A program made the position numbers and the translations under genes. The notes below the pieces were generated by a model. It was not told the origin of the DNA. It did not search any database and saw only the letters and a program-made list of their open reading frames with translations. From Ignisphaera sp. (lineage in GTDB: Archaea; Thermoproteota; Thermoprotei_A; Sulfolobales; Ignisphaeraceae), in NCBI GenBank assembly GCA_038889075.1, contig JAWAHS010000001.1:311764-375763 (forward strand): a stretch of DNA of 64,000 nucleotides, given 5' to 3'. This document shows, in pieces, positions 38,338-47,601 of the stretch. Each line of letters starts with the position of its first letter. Position 1 is the stretch's first letter.

Positions 38338-38959
38338 AAAGGAGCTCCAGATACCCTAAATACTTCATATCAGGAGTTGATGGATGTGGATTCACAAATA
38401 TGTAGTACTTTTCATTTCTTTGCAACTCAACTACAATTCTATCAACAAACATCTTTACGGGATCATTTATCTTTAGGCGCTTCCTGATATCATCAAAGCT
38501 TTCAAACTTCTTCTTTCTTCTTTCCTCCAGAATAAGAACTAGCGTTTTTTTACCTATACCAGGTAGAAGTTCTAAGCTATGGAGTCTGATGTTTATAGCC
38601 TCAGCTATATTTAAAAACTCTACGAAAACCCTCTCCTTTTCCTCTACTATCTGCTTTACATATCTCACAATATTCTCTCTAGCTATCGAAGTCAGATCTT
38701 CATAAGAAAGTATGTCGAATACCCTGTGCCCAGGCATGTCAGGGGCTAGTGATAGAGGTACGCGCTCTCCAATAGAAATTACAGAACCCCTTAGGGGTAT
38801 TATTTCAACAAGTGTAAAGAATTTGGTACCTATTCCCTGTGCTACAGGTGAGGATCTATGAAAGGTATGTTTATCATATGGATTACCCATGGGCATATAG
38901 TCTATCACTATGGCAAATTCGTCAGGTATCTCCTGCCTTCTTCTATGCTTAGGCCTCAT
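38306..38959 (-). CDS. DUF655 RNA-binding protein
   Basis: DYMPMG, FFTLVE and RLHSLELLPGIGKK motifs; conserved rpoF-DUF655-ksgA context. Confidence 0.88.
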   Translation of the reverse strand: MRPKHRRRQEIPDEFAIVIDYMPMGNPYDKHTFHRSSPVAQGIGTKFFTLVEIIPLRGSVISIGERVPLSLAPDMPGHRVFDILSYEDLTSIARENIVRYVKQIVEEKERVFVEFLNIAEAINIRLHSLELLPGIGKKTLVLILEERRKKKFESFDDIRKRLKINDPVKMFVDRIVVELQRNEKYYIFVNPHPSTPDMKYLGYLELLYERIKYSEPW

Positions 38960-39040
38960 CCTACCTCCACCTCGTAGGGAACCACCATACGTTAGATTTG
39001 ACTATAGTTTATAACTATGCTATAGAATATTTATAGATTA

Positions 39041-39394
39041 TTATAATTGTTGACAGTGTTGATTAATAAGGTCTAGAATTTTATTTAAAATAGAATCTTC
39101 GGGCAGTGATTCCTCAAAATTAAGGAGAGTTTTAAGTTCATCTAAACTCCTTGGCAGGATATTGAGAATCATCGATATTGTTGTATCCTTTAGCTTAAAA
39201 CTCTTTAATACGTCATAGATATACTCTATGGCTTTATCATCGCATTTAGATACACTATCGAGGTAATCCATTGTTGAACGAATTAGCTCAGGAACAATAT
39301 CGTAAGATGAGACTCTCTCAATGTACTCTTTGAGAATTCTCTTAGCTATGGTATTTGGAATATCATGGAATTCAATGATTTCATAGGGCATCAA
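39041..39394 (-). CDS. rpo4: RNA polymerase subunit F (Rpo4)
   Basis: TMDYL..VSKCD and NILPRSLDELK motifs; follows L21e. Confidence 0.88.
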   Translation of the reverse strand: MMPYEIIEFHDIPNTIAKRILKEYIERVSSYDIVPELIRSTMDYLDSVSKCDDKAIEYIYDVLKSFKLKDTTISMILNILPRSLDELKTLLNFEESLPEDSILNKILDLINQHCQQL

Positions 39395-39423
39395 TTCTCA
39401 CTCATTATAGAGGTGCTGGATAT

Positions 39424-39834
39424 TCATCTTGTTTTGTCTAAGATGGTTAGTAGGATTTTTCTCTGCTCTCTTCTTATATTTGATAGCTCCTTTAATTTGG
39501 ATAATGTACCTTCTATTCTTTCGGTCAAATCAAAGGCTGGTTTCAAGTGCTCTGGTAAGAGGAAGAGCCTCTTAATTTTAGATCCTATTGTAACTTCAAC
39601 TACCAGAGCTCTACCCTTAATCCCAACAACAGTACCGACCCTACCTATGTACCTCCTATGAGGCATACCACCATGTATTGCAGGATTAACACCTATGTAC
39701 ACCTTATCACCAGGTTTATAATCTATAATTACACTACTCAATGACGGTATTGATCCGCGATCTCTAATACCTTTCTTCATAATTTTTCTGGATCTGTGTC
39801 TTAATCCTCTCGAAGGTTTTACCATTACCATCAA
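39424..39834 (-). CDS. rpl21e: 50S ribosomal protein L21e
   Basis: SRGLRHRSR, GMPHRRYIGRVG and PEHLKP motifs. Confidence 0.95.
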   Translation of the reverse strand: MMVMVKPSRGLRHRSRKIMKKGIRDRGSIPSLSSVIIDYKPGDKVYIGVNPAIHGGMPHRRYIGRVGTVVGIKGRALVVEVTIGSKIKRLFLLPEHLKPAFDLTERIEGTLSKLKELSNIRREQRKILLTILDKTR

Positions 39835-39896
39835 TCCCCAATGGCTTTCCAGACCATGATTTACTAGGACTGTATTCTTACTTCTATAATTAAAGC

Positions 39897-41204
39897 TTAT
39901 ATGTACTCATGAACATAGAGAACATCGAGTTCTAGACACCTGGCTTGTGTTCCTAGGAGCTGTGAGAAGCTTGGAGATGTTCTACCATTATCACCAGTTA
40001 TGAGTTCCTTTACATACAGTCCTCCTTCACATTTTATAAAGACTTCAAATAGATTAGGAGCAAGCTGAAGTATTTTTATAGAAAATACCTTCTTTTTCCT
40101 CAATGTATCCTTTTTTCTTCTCAGGATTCTTAATGGTGTACGCTGAAATATTACTAAACCCCTAAAACTGTGTTCAAGCTCAATTATTTTATCAGGGGTG
40201 ACAGTATTTTCGGTTAATACTATAGCCCTATATATTTTAAACGATATTGAGGCAGACTGTTTTAACCTTGAAACAAATTCCCTACCAACATTCATTACAA
40301 TCCTAAACTTTATCCACTTACTAAAATTATTTAGGATACTCTCTAACTCCAATAAACCTACATCTCTCTTCAATGGATTTTTGAACTCTATTACAAGTGG
40401 TCTTCCATTCCCAAGAACTCTTACATCAACGTCTTCCCGACCTGCTATATGAAGAGCTACATCCTTTGCGCTAACAATAGAGGAGGCATATCTAGCTGCG
40501 TCTTCTATTGATATTGGATATTTCCTGGAGCCATTTTCTCTAAACCATATATTTTGTGAAATGTTTCTACCAAACTTTAGATAGTATCCAAAAATCAATA
40601 GGGATGGCAATTCCATTTTAATTGAATTGTGGATCATATCTATAATATATATTATATCTGGTCTATCAAAGTTCACATTAATCTTTGTAGCTTCTTGAAC
40701 TCTCTTACCGATTTCTCTCTTTAATTCACGTTTGATGCTCTCCCAATACTTTATTTGAAACTCCTTAACTATACTATTTTCACGCTCAAGTATATCGTTA
40801 GGTACGATAACTCCTACTAGGAAACTCCTTTTCGAGGTTTCTACGATGTGTTGTGCGATGTACTTTGAATAAAAATTTATTGCTTCATCAATTGCATCGT
40901 TGCATATAAAGCATTTCCTTACTTCGTTTAAAATTCTCCTATCTATATCTACATTCAGTAGATCGAGAAGAGGTTGTACGGGTATTTTAATGTTTGGAAT
41001 AATGGATTTCAATTTATCAAGTGCAGAGTTGTCTCCCTCTACAATTCTTCTATGTAGCTCCATTATCGTATATATTTTCAGAGCCTTTCCCCGTTCAGCA
41101 TTATCTAGGCCACGTCCGAGATAGGCATACAGCCTTCCTAGGCATCTATTACATAGCGGATATCTTGTGAGAATACCGATTACATTCTCTGCTAGTGTGT
41201 CCAT
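39897..41204 (-). CDS. pus10: tRNA pseudouridine(54/55) synthase Pus10
   Basis: LCNRCLGR, AGREDVDVR, GRP, QRTP, GGLYVKELI.GD.GRT.PS and LDV motifs. Confidence 0.93.
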   Translation of the reverse strand: MDTLAENVIGILTRYPLCNRCLGRLYAYLGRGLDNAERGKALKIYTIMELHRRIVEGDNSALDKLKSIIPNIKIPVQPLLDLLNVDIDRRILNEVRKCFICNDAIDEAINFYSKYIAQHIVETSKRSFLVGVIVPNDILERENSIVKEFQIKYWESIKRELKREIGKRVQEATKINVNFDRPDIIYIIDMIHNSIKMELPSLLIFGYYLKFGRNISQNIWFRENGSRKYPISIEDAARYASSIVSAKDVALHIAGREDVDVRVLGNGRPLVIEFKNPLKRDVGLLELESILNNFSKWIKFRIVMNVGREFVSRLKQSASISFKIYRAIVLTENTVTPDKIIELEHSFRGLVIFQRTPLRILRRKKDTLRKKKVFSIKILQLAPNLFEVFIKCEGGLYVKELITGDNGRTSPSFSQLLGTQARCLELDVLYVHEYI

Positions 41205-41238
41205 AATATCCCCACCCTGTCGTACAATACCGATTTAA

Positions 41239-42588
41239 TTATACTTCAATTTTTGATAGATCTATCCCAAGTTTTTTAAGAATTCCATGTCTTCTCTTGG
41301 CAGTTTTTATAAAACTGTTTACAAGTTCATAGTATTTGATAAGATCTTTAACATCGTCAACAGTTGTACCCGAACCCAGTGCAATTCTTAGAATTCTTGA
41401 TTTATCCAGTATATTCGGATTTCTGAGTTCTTCGTATGTCATCGAATTGATTATAGCAAGCCATTTATCCATTTTCTCCTCACTTATCTTCATCTGCTTA
41501 TCATCCAATGGCAGTAGTGAGAGTCCTGGTATAAGTTGAAGGATTTTTGAAAGGGGCCCTAGCTTTCTTATTGTTTGAATCTGGAGATAGAGATCTACCA
41601 GTGTTATTCTTCCGCTGGCAATACCTTTAGCAAGTCTTTTTTCAAGCATACTACTGTGTTCTAATGTCTTTAGCTTCTCTATTAGTGTTGGTAGGTCACC
41701 AAGTCCGAGAAGTCTTCCCACAAATCTTCGTGGTTCAAAAATCTCTATTTCAGGTATCTTCTCCCCCGTGCCAATGAATTTTATAACAGCTTTAGTTGCT
41801 GCTACAGCTGATAGCGCTCCTCCACCCTTGGCAGTCCCATCGAGTTTTGTTATAACTATAGAGCCTATTGGTGTAGCTCGGTGAAATCTTAAGGCAAGCT
41901 CGTATGCTTTTTGACCTATTGATGCATCTAGGATAAGCATAATCTCATCCGGTGCTATAGAATTTGCTATTTCACGCATTTCATTTAAAAGCGCCTCCTC
42001 CTCATTATAGCCATGTCTACCAGCTGTATCTACTATAACCATATTAGATCCATTTTTGATGCACACATCAACACATTTTTTTGCTATTTCTACAGCATTT
42101 TTAGAACTAGTATCGCCACAGAATGCAACATCTATGCTTTTACTTAATTGCATGAGCTGCTCATATGCTGCTGGCCTGTATGTATCAGCACATACTAAAC
42201 ATGGTTTGTAACCATATCTTTTGTATATATAGGCTATCTTAGCAGCAGTTGTTGTTTTACCTGAGCCTTGAACTCCAACAAGCATTATAATATACGGTGT
42301 TTTCTGTGGAAATATCGAAGGTTTTATATCGCCTCCAAATAGGTTTGAGAGCTCGTCATATACTATTTTAATAAACCACTCCTGCCTTGATATGTATGGT
42401 GGAGGTTTTGAGTTTAGGACGTGCTCCCTAATATTGCTGGTTAGTTGCTGAACGAGCTTTACATTAACATCTGCTCTTAGCAGTGTTTTTTGAAGCTCCT
42501 TTATGAAGTTATCAACTGCTACCTCGTAGCTTTCCTTTCCCTTTAAAAAATCAGCTACAATTTTTCTTAGAGATTCAAGAATCTGCAT
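41239..42588 (-). CDS. srp54: Signal recognition particle protein Srp54
   Basis: GVQGSGKTT, DTYRPAA, DTAGRH and TKLDGTAKGGG motifs; M domain. Confidence 0.96.
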   Translation of the reverse strand: MQILESLRKIVADFLKGKESYEVAVDNFIKELQKTLLRADVNVKLVQQLTSNIREHVLNSKPPPYISRQEWFIKIVYDELSNLFGGDIKPSIFPQKTPYIIMLVGVQGSGKTTTAAKIAYIYKRYGYKPCLVCADTYRPAAYEQLMQLSKSIDVAFCGDTSSKNAVEIAKKCVDVCIKNGSNMVIVDTAGRHGYNEEEALLNEMREIANSIAPDEIMLILDASIGQKAYELALRFHRATPIGSIVITKLDGTAKGGGALSAVAATKAVIKFIGTGEKIPEIEIFEPRRFVGRLLGLGDLPTLIEKLKTLEHSSMLEKRLAKGIASGRITLVDLYLQIQTIRKLGPLSKILQLIPGLSLLPLDDKQMKISEEKMDKWLAIINSMTYEELRNPNILDKSRILRIALGSGTTVDDVKDLIKYYELVNSFIKTAKRRHGILKKLGIDLSKIEV

Positions 42589-42599
42589 ATCTCTCCGCT

Positions 42600-42995
42600 T
42601 TACCTTATTCGGTATATGAATCTTTTTCCTAAAGCGCTCCAGTACTCCACCTCAGTACCTGGTGAAAGCTTAGATGCTATACTTTCATCTTTAGGCATAT
42701 CTACTTCAAATGTTTCATAACTCTCCAAATCCATTAACTGTACCCGATCTCCAAGGACGGCTATTACTTGAGCCACCCTCTTGTCTATTATTGGTATCTC
42801 AATTCTCTGATCAGAAGGTCCTGTAACCGTTTTCCTCGAACCTGTAAAGAGCCCTATAGCTACTAGGTGAACCTTAGCACTACCGTGCTTACCTGTTTTA
42901 GCCTTTGAAACATCTACAACTCTACAAGGCTCACCATCTATTACTACATAGCTACCCTCTTTAAGATCCCCCAACTCTCCATATTCTACAGTCAT
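42600..42995 (-). CDS. eif5a: Translation factor aIF5A
   Basis: KTGKHGSAK hypusine loop. Confidence 0.96.
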   Translation of the reverse strand: MTVEYGELGDLKEGSYVVIDGEPCRVVDVSKAKTGKHGSAKVHLVAIGLFTGSRKTVTGPSDQRIEIPIIDKRVAQVIAVLGDRVQLMDLESYETFEVDMPKDESIASKLSPGTEVEYWSALGKRFIYRIR

Positions 42996-43079
42996 TTTCT
43001 ACACCATAAGATGTAAATCTTAAAAACCAAATAAAAGCTCTACTACTTATATTGCTAAAAAGTATTTTAGGTCTTTAGA

Positions 43080-43415
43080 ATGAATCTGCTGGACATTAAA
43101 GGAAAGGTAGATAAATGGATTAGCGAAAATGTTGAAAGGAGAGCTGATGAAATCTATGAAATGTTTGTAGAATTCGTAAAGACAATAGCACCCATTGCTG
43201 ATAATAGGTTTAGAAAGGTTAATAAATGGAATATAGAGCTACTTGATGAGGCTATAGATAGCATATGTGACTACCTTAACGGAAATTCTACAGTGATAGT
43301 TTTATGGGATGAAATATGGGATGCTAGAGTAGAGGGGAGGAGCATCGGCATAGATAAAATAAGAATGTTTTTTGAACTGATAAACAAAGTGGAAAAGAAG
43401 GTCGTAAGAGAGTAA
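43080..43415 (+). CDS. Hypothetical protein
   Basis: 111-aa helical ORF. Confidence 0.6.
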   Translation: MNLLDIKGKVDKWISENVERRADEIYEMFVEFVKTIAPIADNRFRKVNKWNIELLDEAIDSICDYLNGNSTVIVLWDEIWDARVEGRSIGIDKIRMFFELINKVEKKVVRE

Positions 43416-43488
43416 GACGATTAAAATCTGACATATCTAAAGATTTATAGGCTTAGCAAGGTATAAGTGAACAACAATACTATGGTAG

Positions 43489-43836
43489 GTGATGATTATG
43501 ATCTTCTGTCCTATATGCGGATCGCTGATGGCATTTGAAAAGAGTAGAAGAAGCTATAGATGTCCAAAATGCGGATACGAGATGAAAAATAGAGATAGCG
43601 GCAAAATAGTTGTATCTAGGACAATTATGCACGATGAAAAAGAGAGATTGGCAGTAATCGAATCACCGGCTACTGATATGCCCCCAGGAGCAGTTTTACT
43701 TAAGGGTCACACAAGATGTCCAAAATGTAGTGGTGAGGATGTTTACGCATGGCAACTACAGACAAGAGCCGCCGACGAACCTCCAACGACATTTTATAAA
43801 TGCGTAAAGTGTGGACATACATGGAGAGAGTATTAG
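43489..43836 (+). CDS. tfs: Transcription factor S (TFS/RpoM)
   Basis: FCPICGS, CPKC, and QTRAADEPPTTFYKC..CGHTWRE with the acidic DE hairpin. Confidence 0.95.
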   Translation: MMIMIFCPICGSLMAFEKSRRSYRCPKCGYEMKNRDSGKIVVSRTIMHDEKERLAVIESPATDMPPGAVLLKGHTRCPKCSGEDVYAWQLQTRAADEPPTTFYKCVKCGHTWREY

Positions 43837-44393
43837 TATAGAAAGAACCTTTCATTTCTTATATGGATACCCAAATCAAAAACATTTTTAACAATAGCTA
43901 CTAGCATTTTACCCTCCCTAATAAGTTTCTCAACCTCGTCCCTATCAATAAGAAGTAATCCTGTGCCAATAGCATGCATATCACTAGAATCCAACACTGC
44001 AACATAATCGCCCTTCCTTACCGGGAATATAAAGTGGTCGAAGGACGCCAGTAATACATCGTTTCCGTATAGGAAAGCCTTGACACCCTGTGGTTTAACA
44101 ACAACACTACAACCATGTTTATAACCATATCTTTTACTAAGATTGAATAAATGAGGTGCGGGAACGAATTTTCCATTATGTATCCAACCACATAGAGAAC
44201 CAGAGCTCAGAACGTTAGTATTTGAAAGTTTTACAATAGAATCTACCAGCTCTCTAGGTACTAAAGTTACGGTAATCCAATCCTTCTTTAAATTAAATGT
44301 ATTAATAAAAAAATTACTTGAAATAAAGTTTATGAATTCCAGCCCCATACATCTAGATACATATTCGTAAAACGGTTTGGGCATAGCATTCAT
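43833..44393 (-). CDS. Nip7-like PUA-domain protein
   Basis: KAFLYGNDVL, IGTG and KNVFDLGIHIRNE motifs; start moved to ATG 44393. Confidence 0.75.
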   Translation of the reverse strand: MNAMPKPFYEYVSRCMGLEFINFISSNFFINTFNLKKDWITVTLVPRELVDSIVKLSNTNVLSSGSLCGWIHNGKFVPAPHLFNLSKRYGYKHGCSVVVKPQGVKAFLYGNDVLLASFDHFIFPVRKGDYVAVLDSSDMHAIGTGLLLIDRDEVEKLIREGKMLVAIVKNVFDLGIHIRNERFFLY

Positions 44394-44593
44394 TATAGAT
44401 ACACTATTATCTAGAAAAGACAGTTTATAGCTTAAAAATATAATGAAAAGAGTCTGGCATACCAAGGAAAAATGGCATTGCACAATAAGAATTGCAATAC
44501 TCATAGAAAGAATACCTTCCATCCAAACACAAATGGAAAGTAGAATAAAAGCTTAATAGCAAGTGACAGTAGGAGAAATAAATACTAGAAAAT

Positions 44594-44667
44594 GGGCCCG
44601 TCGTCTAGTCTGGTAGGACGCCGCCCTTACGAGGCGGAGGTCCGGGGTTCAAATCCCCGCGGGCCCA
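44594..44667 (+). tRNA. tRNA-Val(TAC), no intron, CCA not encoded
   Basis: GGGCCCG/CGGGCCC acceptor stem, CCGCC-CT-TAC-GA-GGCGG anticodon arm, GGTTCAAATCC T-loop. Confidence 0.96.
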
Positions 44668-44816
44668 TCTGGGTTTAACTTCTATTGTCTATTCAACTAT
44701 ACTCTACGGTGATTATCGTCCAAAACATTAATGAGATATGTAATTGAATACAGAAATTCTATGGTAAAGCAATGCTATAAAGAGACCATGTAATCGATTT
44801 TTCTGGCCAGTAGGAT

Positions 44817-45110
44817 GGGGTTTGGGTTTCATGTTGGTTGATGTTGTTTGATCTCGACCCTTGGTTTCATTGTCCTCGGGGCACCTTTTCATCGGTGCCC
44901 ACATCATCGGTCTCCACCCCTTTGGGGAAACCCCTACCCACAGCTCACCCTCATCTAGCTCATTGCTGTGGGGAAACCCCACATCCTGGCTTTGAATACT
45001 CATCCACTTGGGTCTTTACCATGCACCCACATCGTGGATGGGCTCAAACAGTAAAGCAACCACAATCAACCCTTATAAACCTATATGAAACCCGAAACAG
45101 TTGCGTAAGG
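44817..45110 (-). mobile_element. Non-autonomous IS607-type mini-element with omega-RNA-like scaffold, copy 2
   Basis: Left end CCTTacgcaaCTGTTTCGggTTTCATAT..GGTTGAT and right end ACATCAACCAACA..AACCCC match copy 1; TTTATAAG at 45072-79; GC-rich hairpins. Confidence 0.75.
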
Positions 45111-45304
45111 CGTCCCAGACACTATTTTTAAATAACTTAGATTGATAGAAATGTGCCTATGTATATGCTATCATCACATAGTTCCTATTTTAAGTTCGGT
45201 ACAAGCAGTATATGACTTGGAAGAACCTTCTATACAATACATAGGATACAACTTTCCTAATTTTGGCTACCTTAGGTTTTACGATTCAAACTATTAACCA
45301 TCTA

Positions 45305-45835
45305 TTATGCTGAAAGAAGATTTTGCCAGAAACTAGCATCAGTTATGCCACCAATTACTATGGCTATCGGTTCACCATGTTTAACTACTATTGTTTGTGG
45401 AACGCTATAGGCATAGCTAGGTGGTAGACCATTGTTTTGCTCTATTTTGGCCAGATTTCTAAATAGATCAGCATTATTAGGATCGTCAATCCATAGAAAT
45501 AAACATTTATCTTTAAAATACTTTTCAAAAAATTCATGAAGGTTTCTACAAAAGGGACAAGTAGTTGCGCCAAATGCTATTAGATTAATAGATTCTCTTT
45601 GGTTATCTTTTATAACTTTAGACACAATAGATGCTATATCATTCTTGGAAACTCTATAGGTGGATCCATCAACGTATACGGAGATGTACTGCTGATTTAA
45701 AGGCGAACTAGATGGAGCGCTAGATGACGAATGGGTGTACACGTAGTATATAATTAGAATTGATAAAACCAACACTATTGGAATGGATACAGCCAACATA
45801 TTCTTATGCTTTGGTCTTCTCTTTGCCTTTGGCAA
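45305..45835 (-). CDS. Membrane-anchored thioredoxin/glutaredoxin-like protein
   Basis: N-terminal TM helix, Ser-rich linker, TCPFC and cis-Pro loop SVPQT. Confidence 0.8.
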   Translation of the reverse strand: MPKAKRRPKHKNMLAVSIPIVLVLSILIIYYVYTHSSSSAPSSSPLNQQYISVYVDGSTYRVSKNDIASIVSKVIKDNQRESINLIAFGATTCPFCRNLHEFFEKYFKDKCLFLWIDDPNNADLFRNLAKIEQNNGLPPSYAYSVPQTIVVKHGEPIAIVIGGITDASFWQNLLSA

Positions 45836-46002
45836 TGGTAATGCACCTAGGTAGCAGTAGCCGGAAATAGATTTATATGTTTATTGCCTCACTGCCGTAT
45901 GGATATCAATGGATACGGTGGCCCCCACAGAAATTCTAGTCGATATCTCTATAACAAAAACTTTATAAGCTATTTATGCATATCTGTGCATAAGGAATTC
46001 CT

Positions 46003-46575
46003 ATGATGGAGGAGGCCGCAAGCAATAAAAATATAATGAATGCAAAACATCCAGCAACTAATGGTAATAAAGATGGTGAAAATCGGAAGCTTGCCGTCTG
46101 GGAGGAAGCTTTAATCCAGGAGTTTCTATATGCCATAGGTCACTTGAATCACTGCGAGCAACATCTAATTGAAATAGATTCCAGCGTTGGTCTACCACTA
46201 TTCGGAGACATCGTCAATAAGATTAGAGAACAGAGGAAGATTATCGGTGAAACACTGTTTCTTATAGAAAAGTTAGAGACTATGAAAGGTAGTAGTATTA
46301 GAACTTCTTGGGAAAGCATATGGTGTACACTAAAGCACCTAACAACAGCACTTATACATGTTGATGAATGTATAGAGAAGCTGTTAAATAGGATAGGAGA
46401 TGATAGTGATGGTGAATTGATTAAACATATAAACATGCTTTTAAGGGTTAGGTATGAAATCGTGGAATCATTGGTACAACTTTTATCTAGAGCAAAAACA
46501 TCTACTGAAGCTATTACTAAAGCAAGTATACGATGCCGAGAAGATCTATGTTTAGAAACCTCTTCAGAGGGATAA
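46003..46575 (+). CDS. Hypothetical helical protein with duplicated HLx5Hx2E motif
   Basis: HLNHCEQHLIE and HLTTALIHVDE; C-terminal CREDLC. Confidence 0.65.
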   Translation: MMEEAASNKNIMNAKHPATNGNKDGENRKLAVWEEALIQEFLYAIGHLNHCEQHLIEIDSSVGLPLFGDIVNKIREQRKIIGETLFLIEKLETMKGSSIRTSWESIWCTLKHLTTALIHVDECIEKLLNRIGDDSDGELIKHINMLLRVRYEIVESLVQLLSRAKTSTEAITKASIRCREDLCLETSSEG

Positions 46576-46578
46576 AAC

Positions 46579-46857
46579 GTGTCAAACTATGTTATTATGA
46601 AGGTGGCTCGGGGTACTCCTAGAAATATTAGAAATAGAATATATAAGTTGCTATTAGGAACTACTGTAACAATTGGAAACAAGAGGTATAGAGCAGCAGG
46701 TCTCATAAGAAAGGTTAATGGCGAGGTCATTTCATCAGGGTTGTATGTAGTACCTTTTGAAAAACTTATAGATGTTATAGAGAAATTGAAGGAGAAGCAG
46801 CTTGACAACTATATAGAGGTTTTAAGGATGTGCCTATGTACGTGTGGTTCACAGTAG
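46579..46857 (+). CDS. Small protein, possibly ferredoxin-like (Cas2/PaaX-type) fold, with a Cys-rich tail
   Basis: RNRIYKLLLG..GLIRKVNGEVISSGLYVVP pattern; CLCTC tail. Confidence 0.5.
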   Translation: MSNYVIMKVARGTPRNIRNRIYKLLLGTTVTIGNKRYRAAGLIRKVNGEVISSGLYVVPFEKLIDVIEKLKEKQLDNYIEVLRMCLCTCGSQ

Positions 46858-47566
46858 TAGACTGTGGCTGAGCGGTATGGATTTTGGAGTGGCAGGTACA
46901 GTTATTTCGCTAGCACTTATAGATTCCTTTGATCCATGCATCTTTGCCATCTACACCACGTTACTTATATCAGCATCCATGACGAGCATTAAGAGGGCAC
47001 TTTCAGTAGGTTTAGCATTTATAGTCTCAGCATACATTGGGTACTTCCTATTTGGAATATTGCTAAGGTATGCAACACTATCCTTGCCAAGATACATTTT
47101 AGCTATAGTTACAGTAACATATGGTATTGTCATGCTTCTCCATACTGTAATGACAGGTAGGATAGCAGGCAATGAAAATGTATGCAGAGAGGATGAACTG
47201 GTGTGTAGAATTGGAAGGATGTTACGACTAGATACACTCATAGATAGAGGTACTGTAATTATCTTTCTAATAGGGTTTGTAGCAGCATTTACACTCTTTC
47301 CATGTACAGCAGGCATGTATGTAGTGTTCAATCTACTGACCGTGGGACTTAACTTTATCGAATGGATTCCCTTGGCACTACTTTATGTAGCCGTATTCGT
47401 TTTACCGTTGATTCTAATACTGCTTAGCTTTGTAGGTATTACAAGGTTTAGCGCTGTGCATACTGTATTAATTAAACATCAGAAGTATGTCAAGCTATTA
47501 GGATCCGTGCTACTTATAGCAGTATCGCTCTATATTCTACTTACATCTGTGTCTACTGCATTTTGA
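46844..47566 (+). CDS. CcdA/DsbD-type transmembrane thiol-redox protein
   Basis: DSFDPC and LFPCTAG cysteine motifs; 6 TM helices. Confidence 0.8.
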   Translation: MVHSSRLWLSGMDFGVAGTVISLALIDSFDPCIFAIYTTLLISASMTSIKRALSVGLAFIVSAYIGYFLFGILLRYATLSLPRYILAIVTVTYGIVMLLHTVMTGRIAGNENVCREDELVCRIGRMLRLDTLIDRGTVIIFLIGFVAAFTLFPCTAGMYVVFNLLTVGLNFIEWIPLALLYVAVFVLPLILILLSFVGITRFSAVHTVLIKHQKYVKLLGSVLLIAVSLYILLTSVSTAF

Positions 47567-47601
47567 TTGAAATTGATGGACTTCACTACTTCGAGTTAAC
47601 C

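Noticed and set aside
32045-42995. Long minus-strand information-processing cluster as a novel system
   Set aside because: Matches well-known conserved archaeal gene neighbourhoods.
44728-45131. 91-aa and 97-aa ORFs near tRNA-Val
   Set aside because: They overlap the mini-element RNA scaffold, cross its ends, and have non-protein-like composition.
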